Positions 13,283 through 26,474 of a stretch of 64,000 nucleotides of DNA are shown here, in pieces. A program made the position numbers and the translations under genes. Positions within the stretch are counted from its first letter, which is position 1. Every line of letters starts with the position of its first letter. The stretch comes from Octopus sinensis (lineage: Eukaryota): assembly GCF_006345805.1 (NCBI RefSeq), contig NC_043006.1, forward strand, positions 27,218,001 to 27,282,000, given 5' to 3'. The notes under the pieces are model-generated. The model was not told the DNA's origin and made no database searches. It saw only the letters and a program-made list of their open reading frames with translations.

Positions 13283-14575
13283 AGAAGGCTAACTAGGAAG
13301 ATGGTTTTTGTATGTGGCAGATGCTCAGGAACAATAAACACTGAAAATGCTCTGAGACCAACTTCCGTCACTTTCCAGGGAGAAAAACTAGAAATAGTTG
13401 ATAGTTTCCGTTACCTAGGTGACCAAGTCAGCAGCGGGGGCGGGTGTGCTGAAAGTGTAACTGCTAGAGTAAGAATAGCTTGGGCAAAGTTCAGAGAGCT
13501 CTTACCTCTGCTGGTGACAAAAGGCCTCTCGCACAGAGTGAAAGGCAGACTGTATGATGCGTGTGTACGAACAGCCATGCTACATGGCAGTGAAACATGG
13601 GCCGTGACTGCTGAGGATATGCGTAAGCTCGCTAGAAATGAAGCCAGTATGCTCCGATGGATGTGTAATGCCGGTACTCACACTCGGCAGAGTGTAAGTA
13701 CCCTGAGAGAAAAGCTGGACCTAAGAAGCATCAGTTGTGGTGTGCAAGAGAGACGTTTGCGCTGGTATGGTCATGTGGCGAGAATGGATGAAGATAGTTG
13801 TGTGAAAAAGTGCCACACCCTAGCAGTTGAGGGAACCTGTGGAAGAGGCAGACCCAGGAAAACCTGGGACGAGGTGGTGAAGCACGACCTTCGAACTTTA
13901 GGTCTCACTGAGGAAATGACTAGAGACCGAGACCTCTGGAAGTGTGCTGTGCGCGAGAAGACCCGGCAGGACAAGTGAGTCCACAACCCGTGGCCTTCTA
14001 CATGGGATGGAGCCAGCCTACGTATGCATACCTTCCCTTCTTGGGACACAAAACTCTACTTGTGAAGACGTGTTGAGGCAAGTGAGGATCAGAATCGAAA
14101 TCGATCAATGGAAATTGCGGATGTGCTACCAGTGCCGGTGGCATGTCGAAACTCTGCTTGTGAAGACCCATTGAGGCAAGTGAGGATCAGAATCGAAATC
14201 GATCAATGGAAATTGCAGATGTGTTACCAGTGCCGGTGGCATGTAAGAGAACTTTCCGTTTCGCGACCGTTGCCAGCACCGACCCGTTTCGTGTCCGTTG
14301 CCAGCCTCGCCTGGCCCTCGTGCCGGTGGCACATAAAAAGCACCATCCGTTCGTGGCCGTTTGCCAGCTCTGTCTGGCACCAGTGCGGGTGGCACGTAAA
14401 AAGCACCCACTACACTCACGGAGTGGTTGGCGTTAGGAAGGGCATCCAGCCGTAGAAACACTGCCAGATTTGACTGGGCCTGATGAAGCCTTCTGGCTTC
14501 ACAGACCCCAGTAGAACCGTCCAACCCATGCTAGCATGGAAAACGGACGCTAAATGATGATGATGATGATGATGA
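13283..14575 (+). mobile_element. 5'-truncated RTE-clade LINE with intact RT C-terminal ORF (13301-13978), repeat-rich 3' UTR and (ATG)n tail
   Basis: FRYLG, KGRLYDACVRTAMLHGSETW, RRLRWYGHVARM and RGRPRKTW are RTE C-terminal motifs. Ends in a tgatgatga tail. Confidence 0.93.
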
Positions 14576-15212
14576 TTTATACATACATGTGTGCATTTAT
14601 ATGTATATATGTATACGAATATATATGTGTGTGTATATATATGCATATACACACACCTGCATATATTATATGTATGTGACTAGATATTTGAGTATACATA
14701 TGTATAAAATATATTGTCTTTTTTTAAATAACAATTATAACATTAAACTGAAAGATTATACAATAATTCTTAGGGTACATATTAATTTTTATAAGAATGA
14801 CTGGTTTATTTTGATCTTTCTGATTTTTTAATATTTTAGCAAGGTGTTTTTGTTTTTGGTAGATGGCGAGCCACTACTTTGAAGTTACAGTCAAACATTT
14901 CCTTCTAAAGATTTACATATATTTGTGTGTGTGTGTGTGATGTATGATACAGGCATTGGTAAGGTTAAGAAGTTCTCTTTGGCACCATGAGGTCCTTGAT
15001 TCGACCCCACTTGAATAAGTGTCTTTTAAAAAAGTCTCAGGTTGATACAGAATTTGTTAGGGAATTATGTTGACAGAAGTTGTGTATTGGCTTTGCTTGA
15101 GGATTATCTTAAAAGTAGACATGAGTAGAATAATTTAGTATGTTCACTTTATCAAACTCCTGGAATACTCAATCTAATAAAGAATCCATTATTATAATGT
15201 ATAAGTGTTGTG

Positions 15213-15256
<44 letters not shown>

Positions 15257-15449
15257 TATATACGTATATATATGGTGTTAGGAAGGGCATCCAGCTGTAG
15301 AAACTGTGCTGAATCAGAGTGGAACCTAGTGCAGCATACCAGTTTTCAGTCAAACCATCCATCCCATGCCAGTATGGAAAATGGATGCTAAATGTTTATA
15401 TATATATACATACACACACACACTCACTCACAAAACATGCATATAGTAT

Positions 15450-15595
15450 ATAGGTGCAGGTGTAGCTGTGTAGAAAGAGGCTTGCTTCCCAAACACATGG
15501 TTCCAGGTTCAGTTCAGTCTCACTGTGTGCCATCATGGGCAGACCAAAGCCTTGTGAGTGGATTTGAGATTTGGTAGATGAAAACTGAAAGAAGC

Positions 15596-15600
<5 letters not shown>
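15450..15600 (+). mobile_element. 5' half of a tRNA-derived SINE
   Basis: ggtgcaggtgtagctgtg head and ccttgtgagtggattt...aaactgaaagaagccc core. Confidence 0.7.
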
Positions 15601-15626
<26 letters not shown>

Positions 15627-15627
<1 letters not shown>

Positions 15628-15765
15628 CTGTCATCTGAATTATGCAAAAATGAAAATAACACTGACATCTCATTTTAACATATATTTACTAAAATTACAT
15701 AAAAATATCTTGAAATACTAAAGAGTAAATTTATTCATTAAAATCACCGTTTGCTTCAAACCACA
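15627..15765. mobile_element. End fragment of the Tc1/mariner family at 21616-22482
   Basis: Near-identical to 21634-21770. Confidence 0.7.
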
Positions 15766-16429
15766 TACAAGAGGGCGTTAGAAGCAGTATTGCCTACTTA
15801 AGAGCAAATTCCAATGGAATTTCCCTCTGCTTCTCTCAACATGGGAGAGAGAGAGCCTGGCACACAGATTCAATATTCTTTCCTACCAGCAACTCGCTAT
15901 GGTATTCTATGCATAGTGCCTGTCTGAAAGTAATTTTTGTAGTTTGAATTCCTCCTATTTTCTCACTGTCATCGTGGAACATGGCAAGATGTTCAGAACC
16001 TTTAACTTCAATCCCAGATAATTTTATTGAATATTGTGTAATCACAGTATGAATTCGTTTGTTACGCATCTGAATGAAACCTTTGGATACGAAGTTGTTC
16101 GCGCATGGACACAAGCGTTGTTGTTACATACTGCACCAGAAGCATTTTACTCAGTCCGGTAATTAAAGTGTTGACATTTTCATTAGTGACTTCCCTTGCT
16201 AAAATTTCAAGATAGTCTGTGAATGTCATGAGCACTGCCTCTTTCTTTGAACTAAAGAAAAAAAGGAATGGCGTTTATCATTTGCTGACATTGAAAACAT
16301 TCCAATGGTCAACTCTTTGATAAAGGCTGTTTCAGGTGAGTTTGTGTCAATTCGAAGTAAAATAAAATAACATTGGCTCAATTTTAATAGGGTGAGAGAT
16401 AGAGAACATCAAGAAAGCTTTTAAAATGT

Positions 16430-16469
<40 letters not shown>

Positions 16470-16637
16470 TAAAGAAATATATATCGGAATATAAATATGC
16501 TTGAATAATGGAGGCAGAGAATATAGAGTTTTCTAAAAATCGGTCCTGAATTTGGCATTTGCAGCGAATGAGTTGACGAACTACAAATAAACACTAATCG
16601 GTCACTGTAAAAGAATTAGTGGTAAGCGATTTTATCT

Positions 16638-16757
16638 TAAAGTGATGGTTTGTTGCCAACTTAATGTGAGAGTCCCAAGAAAGGGAAGAATGCTACAGTA
16701 GCGTTCTTCCCGTTTTCTGGGACTGCCACATTAAGTTGGCAACAAACCATCACTTTA
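16638..16757. repeat. 120-bp near-perfect palindrome/hairpin
   Basis: taaagtgatggtttgttgccaacttaatgtg...gctac a gtagc...cacattaagttggcaacaaaccatcacttta. Confidence 0.9.
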
Positions 16758-18467
16758 TTGTGCTGCTACTGATTAACTCTGAGAGATTTAGAAATGCAAT
16801 ATTTCTAACATTTTATCTTACAAAATCTATTAATGTTTGACGCCAATCTAAGAGATGTCGCGAAAGAATTTCAATATTGTGTTTATTAGGTCGTATTTAA
16901 ATGCAGAAGGGTCTATAAAGGTAAGACAAATTGTAGTTGACTAAACTGCAAAATGACAATCTGAAAGTAAAAGGGTTACATCGAGAGTTGTCGCCCATTA
17001 AAAATACGCATGTGCGAGACGAGTTTTTTTTCTTTCCGAATTTGTCTTTTACTTATAAATTATTGTGAAATTGTAACGGTACAACGTTATGAAACACTTC
17101 TCAGCTACCAGATATAGTATCAACAGTATTCTTTATACAACATTTCTAGACACACACATGACAGTACCTTTTATAGAATATTTCCAGTAAGTATTAAGGA
17201 CCGAAAGCATTATGTCATTAGCACCAACGTCTTTTTTGCTGTTCCAACATATTTTTCGTATTTGTTTCATTATTGAAAAGTAAAAGAAGAAAAAGATTGT
17301 TTCATTATTTGTTGGAAAATTAGAATAATTATATTACAAAGTTATTAAACATGATGCCACACAGCCGTGGCGTAAAATGTCAAATACATCCTGTCGGTTC
17401 TTAGTAAATTACTTCTCTACCCAAATTTATATGAATTAGAGAACCGCATCTACATGCTCAACGATTTCTTTTGAGCTTGTGAAATTTTCTATGCACCCGA
17501 AATCAGCCAGATAGCAAGGAAACATTTATTTGCCCTCTTACCTGTATTAATCTTTAAAGTGAATCATAACGATAAAGGTGAACATTAAGTTTAAGATGTC
17601 GTTGCTGTAGTTAGCCACTCAGTTGAATAAAAATCTGTTATATGCAATAGCAGCATTAGATTAAAATAGCCATCTGTGTATCATACTTAATACAAATACA
17701 TCACGAAAAGGCAAATATATTGTTTCTGTTGCATATAATAGATTTTTATTTAGCCGGGAAGCTAGTTTTGAAAATTAAGGACTATATTGGATAATGTAGT
17801 TGATGGTACACACTGAAAAGGATCAAATGATCATGGCTGAAGTGTCTTTGATTATAAGTATGCTTAGTCAGTGCTGAGCTGAGGCTAAAAATACTGATGA
17901 ATGACAATTTTAAAGAGAAAAAATTGTCTAATATTTTGTAGTTTAATATATAAAATGCAGCACAATCTAATGGTGAAGCTGTTGTCTATATATATGTAGA
18001 CTTTATGTCAAGGCTGTTTGATGCAGTTTTACTTACAGTTTAAAAAGTTAAAGTTCAGTTGTTCAAATAAATGTTTCTAGTTTATTGATATAGAAGTATA
18101 ACACTGTTGAATTCCTACTTTTAAAGTATCCTCTATATCTTCCACTGTTTCGTTATTATTTCAGACTGTCAGACAGCATTGGCATTAGAAAACATTTTCT
18201 TCACTAGCATCATCTATATTAATATTTTTTTTTTAAATCAAAAGATGTTATAGTAGTCAGGTACCACCTGTTTATATAGATCTGCCATAGAATTACCGTG
18301 AAATATTAATCTCTGAGTGAGGATAGTAGCAATATTTCTAGAATTCACTTTATTTATGATTTTAAATAAATTTGGACTGCAAAGAAATTTGCAGCTTCAC
18401 AAGTGTTGATTACAGTTGTGGGAAATGTTCCTGAAGAAATATATAGTGTAGTGAAAGATGAAAAATT

Positions 18468-19723
18468 ATGGAAAATAAATTATGTAAAACATAGTCTAAA
18501 AGGGTTGATTTTCTTGATATAAAGAAAGAGAAAGCAAAAACATTGTACCACTGTGGTATCTGTGGTAAATCATTTTCTCAGAAAGGTAACCTATCTATTC
18601 ACGAACACATTCATACTGGAGAAAAACCATGTCACTGTGACATCTGTGGTAAATCATTATCTCATAATGGTGTCTTAACTAGACACAAATACATTCATAC
18701 AGGAGAGAAGCCCTATCATTGTGATATCTGTGGTAACTCATTCCCTGAAAGTAGCAGTTTAACCAAACAAACCCTGTCATACAGGAGAAAAGCCATATTG
18801 CTATGGCACAAACTCATTCATACTGGAGAAAACCATATCAGTGTGATATCTGTGGGAAATCAGTCTCTAAAAATCATAACTTATCTATTCACAAACACAT
18901 TCATAAAAGAGAGAAGCCATATCACTGTGATATCTGTGGGAAATCATTTTCTGATGGAAGTCACCTGAAAAAACACAAGCATATTCACATTGGAGAGAAG
19001 TCATATCACTGTGATATTTGTAGCAAATCCTTCTCTTTAAAACATCAATTGACTACTCACAAGTGCATTCAAACTGGAGAGAAGTCATACCACTGTAATA
19101 TCTGTGGTAAATCATTCTCTGAAGGAAGTAATTTAACTAAACACAAGTGCTGCTATACAGGAGAAAGGCAATATCACTGTGGTATCTGTGATAAATCATT
19201 TTCTCTAAATTGTATATTAACTAAACACAAATTCATTCTTACAGGAGAGAAATCTTGTCACTGTGGAATTTGTGATCGGTCATTCTCTGAAGGAGGTGCC
19301 TTAACTCTGTACAAGTGCATTTATACAGGAATAAAGCCATATCATTGTGATATCTGTGGTAAATCTTTCTCTCAAAATGGTGCCTTAACTAGACACACAT
19401 ACTTTCATACAGGGAAGGCTGTATGAATATATCTGAGGTAAATCATTTGCTGGAAGTAGCAACTAAACAGATTTATACAGGAGAGAGAACTATCACTGTA
19501 ATACATGGTAAATCATTTGCTCACAATGATGACTAGATATAAATACATTCATTCAGGAGAGACTATCACAGTAATAGTTGTGGTAAGTCCTTTTCTAAAA
19601 GTCATACTTTAACTTTTTACTGAAACATTCCTACAAGAGATAAAGCATTTTCACTGTGACACGTTAAAAAACATTCTCTTGAAATAATTACTTTACTATG
19701 TATGTATTTATACACAAAAATAA
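18468..19723 (+). pseudogene. C2H2 zinc-finger pseudogene ZF2
   Basis: Paralogous start MENKLCKT followed by an in-frame TAG, a frameshift/deletion near 18770-18825, many lost His ligands, and further stops after 19426. Confidence 0.85.
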
Positions 19724-19928
19724 CTATACTGATGTCAAAAACTAATTCAATGAAAAGTATATAAACAGGAAAAACATAATATGGTAACCTTCCAAGACTA
19801 TTTTATACAATCATGATTATATCAACATCGGTGAAATAATTCACCATTGTGTTATTTTTAATAAAATCAATTTCACAATACAATCTGTTTTTGGGTAGCT
19901 GAATTCACTGTTATGGACATTTGGAGCA

Positions 19929-20832
19929 ATTTCAAACTAATTTATTTTAATATGGGGTAGGACTGCCTTTGGCAGTAATTACAGCTTGAATTCTGCAAGG
20001 TATGGGCTCGTACAAAGTTTGAATTGTTTCCAAACGAATTTTTGTCCATTCTTCAGCTAAAACAGTCTCCAGTTCTTGTAGTGATGATGGTGGAGGATAT
20101 TGACTCCTTACTTGTTTTTCTATAATATATCATAAATGTTCAATAATATTGAGATCTGGGGACTGTGGTGGCCAGATAAGATGCTCAACTTCACTAGAAT
20201 GTTCCTTGTACCATTCAGTAACAACTTTAACTGTGTGAATTGGTGCATTATCATCCTGAAAGATTGCATTTCCCTCTGGAAACAGTTCTACAACCATAGG
20301 ATGAATTTGATCAGATAAAATGCTTAAATAGTCTTGACTATTAATTCAGCCATGAAGGGAAACCATTGGGCCAGCAGATTTCCAAGATATAGCCCCCAGA
20401 TCATCACAGATCCTCCTCCATGTTTAACAGTTGTAAGAAGTAGTCTGGGTCAAATGCTTCTTTTGGATGTCTCCACATGTATACTTGGCTGGTGGTTCGA
20501 AATAAGGTAAAGGATGACTGATCCAAGAAAATAACATTCTTCCACTGCTCTAGGGACCAATTTTGTAGGTTTTGACTCTGCTCTAAATGCTTTGCAACGT
20601 TTGTTTTTGAAAGTAATGGTTTTCTGATTGCAGCCCTCCTGTGAAATCCAGCTTTGTGCAGTTCCCAGCGAACAGTTTTTGTGGAAACTATGTTCTCAAG
20701 GTGGTCATTAAGCTCTGCAATAATTTTGGGAGCTGTACTTTTGTGATCCTTTCTAACAATTCATGTAAGAGTCCAACGGTCCCTATCTGAAAGTTTGGTG
20801 TTTGGTGTTTCCATTATTTTGTTCAACCCCTG
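19929..20832 (-). mobile_element. Tc1 element, deleted copy of the family at 31167-32415
   Basis: High identity to 31200-32065. Retains the ggtgtttccattattttgttcaacccctg TIR followed by TA. Confidence 0.88.
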
Positions 20833-20834
20833 TA

Positions 20835-21333
20835 TATCTGAAACAGTCCCCACTCTGATCAAGAACTTTGATGAACTGTTTCATCACACCAAGTTTCAAC
20901 ACAGGTTTTGTTCTGGTCTCCAAGTGTTACTTTAAAGTAAGCAAGATACACCTTCTTGACAAAGTTATTCATGTTGCACCTTTGAGTCTGTGGAGTGAAG
21001 TTTCCACAGATGTAACAGAAGATATCAAGGTCATTGCAGCACATCCTTCAGTGGCTCAGTTCACACCTGAAAAGAAAAGGAAGGATTTTAAAGCAAAACT
21101 CAGTTTGAACATATTCAAAATTAGCATGACAGCCCAACCAACAATTTTGCAAATAGTGGTGTAAAGTTAACTTTTGGTATGCTCCAGGTAATAAACGTAT
21201 ATACCAATGGCACAAAAATGTGATGTGACAGAGCAAATCTGAGGTCAGTTTTGGAATCAGCGCCCCAAAGTTAGTCTCAAACAGTTCTAAGATTTTATGC
21301 CAGAAAATAAAAGTTTTATTTTATTGACCAGTG
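20835..21333 (-). mobile_element. DNA transposon remnant, probably ISRm11-like Tc1/mariner group
   Basis: N-terminal motif CCNDLDIFCYICG...YF...LGDQNK. End ttgaccagtg followed by TTA. Confidence 0.55.
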
Positions 21334-21615
21334 TTATTTAAAGTTGCTTCTATATTGTATGAACTAATTTTAAAATATTAGGCAAGTTTAGTCATTATCT
21401 TAAACATTTGTTTGAGGCAGTGGAGTTTTTAAAGAGGATGGAGTCAAACCGACTTTAATATTTTAACTTATGTAGTTTAATGTTATATAGTCATTGTTTT
21501 AACATCCACTTTTCCATACTTGCAGGGGTCGGATGGAGTTTGTTGAGATGGTAGATACTTTCTCAAAATGCAATGCAGTTAACCTGAATGCAAAACCACT
21601 ACCATGCCATATTCA

Positions 21616-22482
21616 CAGGGTGCTGTGAATAAACTGTCATAGAAATTATACAAAAATGAAAATAACACTGACATCTCATTTTGACAGATATATTTACCAA
21701 AATTACATTAAAAATGTCTTGAAATACTAAAGAGTAAATTTATTCAATAAAATCGCCATTGGTTTCAACCATGGCCTCCAGATTTTGGAATCTCCTGCAA
21801 CTCTTCCGGACAGTCTCCTTGTTTAAGTTGGTGAATGCTGCCATATTCCTTGCCTTCAGTTCATCTTTGGTATTACAAGGAGTTTATTGGTCTCTCAATC
21901 AACTGTGCCCCACACATAATAATCAAGGAGGTTGCACTCTGTGGAGTTAGGTGGCCAGATGTTAGGGGATATATTGTCGCGGAAATTGTCTGACAGCCAT
22001 GACTGGCTTCTCCTGCTTGTGTGGCATGCTGCCAAGTCGTGTTGCCAGACAGAGTTTTCCAGTAGCCACCCTCTTGACCCAGGGCAGCATTACCTCCTCC
22101 AGGCACTTGATGTAGGCCTCTGTGTTGAATCTGCAGCTGTGTGGGAAGATGAATGGAGGTATAATGTCGCTATCACTAGTGATCACTCCAAACACCATGA
22201 TGCTGACTGGATAATTGATTTTCATCACTCTCAGTACATATCCTCAGATTAACACCCAAACACTCTGAAATGTTCATATTGGAGCTTCTGGTGCAAATAC
22301 CAAGCAATGCAGTGAGTTGTTTCCAAATTTTTGGCAGAGTAAATTTTGTCATGGTGCTGTTTTCTCACAGACGGTGCCCAACTAACCCTACTATACTGTG
22401 TAGTCAACAAAATCAGAAACAAATAATGCACAGGCACAAAATAAAAGAAATAAAATGGTGACAATTGAACCATCGCACCCTG
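21616..22482 (-). mobile_element. Deleted Tc1/mariner element of maT/DD37D type
   Basis: cagggtgc / gcaccctg ends. Remnants IMVFGVITSD..PPFIFP, QQDLAACH and WPPNSTECNLLDYYVWG. Confidence 0.8.
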
Positions 22483-22509
22483 TTTATATATATATGCATA
22501 TATACATAC

Positions 22510-22543
<34 letters not shown>

Positions 22544-23453
22544 CCTACATATATATGTATATATACATGCATATATGGGTACAGGACATCAAAAAAACAC
22601 GGACAAATGAAAAACGAGAACATAAAAGACAAAACCATGGAAAGCAAACTTTTGTTTGAACAACGGAAGAAACAAATAGAGAAACGAGACAGGCAACATA
22701 AGGAACATTCCTTTCATCAGTTGTCCCCTGTTTTATCTACTCCATGTTTTGAACATTGGGACAAGATGCCACTTCATTAAAACAGTCGTTCCCACAAGCA
22801 AATTACATAAAATTTGGGATTTGTGAAGGGTTGAAGTGGTAACAAAAACAGGACAGTTAGAACAAAACAGCAAAAACAAACGGTAAGGACTGTTAAGCCA
22901 TAATGAGGTGAAGTGGTGAATGCTGGAGAAACAAGCTTTGACAAGAGACAGGCAAAAACTTGTCTTGTCTTTTGTAAGGAAGGGGAAGAAAGAAAGATAA
23001 CTGTTGGTCACATGTGAACAACGAGAGTGTCATGGTGGAAGAATGAGGAAGAGAGAGGGAGAGAAAGAGAATGGTGAAGGGAAGAGAATTAAAGAAAGGG
23101 TGGGTGGAATTAGAGAAAGAAGGAAAAACAAGAGAGGGAGAATAGAGATAGTTGTAGAATGCACATCAGAATTATTAATATAAAACTTACTTGGAAATGG
23201 ATGTGTGGCATTCAATCATATAATAATATAATTGATATATACACATTTTACTTATTTTGGTTACAATACCACTTTTGAAAATTCTTAAATTTTATTTTTT
23301 TATACAACATAACAATATTGTTTATAAGCAATCACCCATAGTGTCCCAAAATAAAATTTCCTCTGTATTAGCATTTTAGTTTCTTAGCGTCTTACCCCTT
23401 TAACTGGTAATTAACACCATGATTTAAAGTCTTCCCCTCTTTTTATAGACAGT

Positions 23454-24027
23454 TACTTTATATCCAATTGACTACTCCTAATGTCATCTTGCCTCCCCGA
23501 GGAAAAACTCTTAAAGAAATTCTTAAAAAGAATTTTACAAAGATTTTTGGAAATTTTTTCAAAATCATAATCTCCGTTTTTTTTTTTTGCATATTTTGAA
23601 AAAAAAAGGGTGGAGGTGGTAATGTCGATTTTTGCCAACTTTTTTGCAGATTTGTATTCCACGTAGCCGAAAAGTACGAGGGCGGGGTCGAAAAATTTTT
23701 TTTAAGGGTGGTTTTTTGCGGGCGACGGGCGGAAGTCTTGCCTGCTTTTTTCCTAATTTTTGTTCATACACTATGCACTTACAGATTCCCTGCCACCCCC
23801 GTTTATTGCAATCCACCCGCTTATATGAATTTGAGCAAATGTCCAGCCCACCCGCTTATTCCCTCCTCCCCATTATTTGGGACCCGAGAGTAAATATCGG
23901 GGTTTAAAAAAAATCAAGACAACCTAGAAAATTTTAAAATTCTAACAATTACCTATTTTCCAACCCGCCCGCTTATATGAATTTAAGCTTATTCCAACCT
24001 ACTCCCTATTATTTGAAACCCGAGACT
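23454..24027. repeat. GC-rich DNA-transposon-like fragments with a ~70-bp direct repeat
   Basis: cccgcttatatgaattt.agc...ttattcc...attattt...acccgaga occurs at ~23815-23891 and ~23968-24026. Confidence 0.45.
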
Positions 24028-24042
24028 CTTTTATTACATTAA

Positions 24043-24425
24043 CTAGCAGTATCGCCCGGCGTTGCTCGGGTTTGTAAGGGAAATAACTATATAAGCATTT
24101 TTAGAGAGTTATAGCAAAAAAATGCATTGAAAATGGAAAGCAAATGATGGTAAATTTTTTTTTTTAATCGTTGACTCATCGTAGACATTTTTAGAGAGTT
24201 ACTTCCCTTAATAGCGAAAAATGCATTAAAATGGAAAAAAATTATGGTAAATTTTTTTTTAAATCGTAGACTCATCGTAGACGCGCGCTAATACCCAGAC
24301 GGTCTCGATATGAATCACGACTATAAGATACCCGGTTTTGGTTAAACTGCACCGCAAAATGTGGGAGGAGTTAGGAATCTAAATCGGAGTAGACAGACAC
24401 TCAACTTCACTTTTATATATAAAGA
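24043..24425 (-). mobile_element. Non-autonomous Helitron, copy 1
   Basis: Minus strand starts TC and ends CTAG, with hairpin cccgagcaacgccggg about 10 nt before the end. Confidence 0.8.
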
Positions 24426-24918
24426 CTAGCAGTATCGCCCGGCGTTGCTCGGGTTTGTAAGGGAAATAACTATATAAGCATTTTAGAGAGTTACTTCCCT
24501 TATAAATTCGGGCTTTCTTAGCCATTTTTGTTTTGGTGTCTTCAAGCCATGAAGTCGTTGTTCTAAAAGAACGCTGGTCTCCTTCACAACGCATTACGAC
24601 GTTGATTTCTTTACACTCCCTTCCCCACAGCTTCACGAGGGAGGGAAGGGGGAGAAGCAAACAGGTGCAGCTGTGAGCGTGGACGCCATCGACACACGAT
24701 GCATTTTATGCATTAAAATGGAATAAAAAATGATGTTAAATTATTTTTAAAATCGTAGACTCATCGTTGACGCGCGCTAATAGTCAGACGGGCTCGATAT
24801 GAATCACGACTATAAAATACCCGAATTTGGTTAAACTGCACCGCAAAATGTGGGAGGAGTTAGGAATCTAAATCGAAGGGGACAGACACTCACACAACTA
24901 GAGTTTTATATATATAGA
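24426..24918 (-). mobile_element. Non-autonomous Helitron, copy 2 (head-to-tail with copy 1)
   Basis: Same termini and hairpin. The pair sits between A and T on the minus strand with no TSD. Confidence 0.8.
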
Positions 24919-25166
24919 TATGTAACTATCAGAAAAATATTGAATTAGGGACATTTAATTTGTATCACCGGTATCGTTGATGGGGAAAAAAAATCAACGA
25001 CTCCGCCTAGTTTAGTTTCTAACTAGCTCTTTTAACTTAATTATATCATGCAATGAGATTAATGTAATTATATTATGTCATATCTAAGACAAACAAGTTG
25101 ATATCATGATAGATTATATTCACAGACATTTCTAAGTTTTCATTTTTTTTTTAGAATTCTCCGAGA

Positions 25167-26073
25167 ATGGAGGACGCTAATCACTTGGATACGTCTAACA
25201 CAACTGTCTTTAACAATATAGATTCAGTTATACAACCATATTATGGCGAGAAAAATTCGCGGAATGAAACATTTACTAAACAAAAGCTACTGTACAGAAG
25301 TAATCCTGAATATCACTGTGTGGTTTGTAGGAAAACATTCTTTTCAGAACCCGAAGTCCTCATCCACAAAGAAATACACAAGAAAAAACCATATCACTGC
25401 GAAATGTGTGGGAAATATTTTGTCTCAAATAGGAACTTAACAAGACACAAAAGATTGCACGCTGGAGAAAAACCGTTTCGTTGTGAAATATGCCCAAAAT
25501 CTTTCATTGATAATTCGAATCTTGTTATCCACATACGCAGTCATACTGGAGAAAAATCCTTTCCCTGTGAAATATGTGGTAAATCATTCACTCGGAGTTC
25601 GAACCTTGTTATTCACATACGTAGTCATACTGGAGAAAAAACCTTATGACTGTGAAATATGCGGAAAGTCTTTCTCTGTAAATTCTTGTCTTGTAGTTCA
25701 CAGAACACACACCGGGGAATACCCATATCGTTGTGAAATATGCGAAAAATCTTTCGTTAGTAAAAGTGATTTGACAACACATAGAAGAATTCATACTGGG
25801 GAAAAACCATTCCAGTGTGAGATATGTGGGAAATCTTTCACTCAGAATTCAAATCTTGTTATCCTCAAACGTTGTCATACTGGAGAAAATCCTCATATTT
25901 GTGAAATATGTGGAAGATCTTTCACTCAGACTTCTAGTCTGGCTATACACAAACGTAGTCACACTGGAGAAAAGCCTTATCATTGTGAAGTATGTGGGAA
26001 ATTATTTGTGAAAAAGAGTGGTTTAACAAGACACAATAGAAAACAACACACAGAAGAAAAACCATTTCATTAA
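25167..26073 (+). pseudogene. Divergent-subfamily C2H2 ZF gene ZF3 (~9 fingers) with a 1-nt frameshift (pseudogene or assembly error)
   Basis: Acceptor (t)nag at 25154 and ATG at 25167. An extra A in ggagaaaaaaccttat (~25636-25641) splits ORFs 25167-25649 and 25483-26073. Degenerate fingers continue to ~26320. Confidence 0.75.
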
Positions 26074-26474
26074 AATATGGAGGGAATTGTTCTCTAGTAG
26101 TGAACAAAATAATACACACCATTGTGACGTGGGTAAATCATTTGTCAAAAACAGTGATTTAAACAGACACAAAAGTATTTTTAAAAAAGGGGATATAAAC
26201 TCTATCACTGAAGTATACAGAAAATCATTTATTTCCAAAGTCTCTTACAAACACAAACTAATACACGCTGGAGAGAAGGCATTTAATTATGGAATGAGAG
26301 AAATCCACTTTCAAATTTAACCTTTTCGTCCACTAGCAAATAATGTTCATTATTATTATTATTATTATGACCCTGATTCGGGTTAATATCTCCTCAGAAG
26401 TGAAGGGAAGAGACCAGATAGTCTTACCTTGTCTCTGGGTAAGAGGTAAGTGCATCATCTTAGATGTCTCTGTC

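Noticed and set aside
14045-14410. Repeat-spacer appearance suggesting a CRISPR array
   Set aside because: The units are degenerate, the spacers are related to each other, there are no cas genes, and it lies in an RTE 3' UTR.
14470-14510. CTGATGA hammerhead core in the RTE tail
   Set aside because: There is no downstream GAAA, and other copies read ctggtgca at this position.
18492-18494. TAG in ZF2 rescued by A-to-I editing
   Set aside because: Downstream frameshifts and lost zinc ligands indicate an ordinary pseudogene.
22690-22730. Minus-strand CTGATGA with a small hairpin
   Set aside because: No GAAA or stem III follows. It may be a decayed PLE end but this is unsupported.
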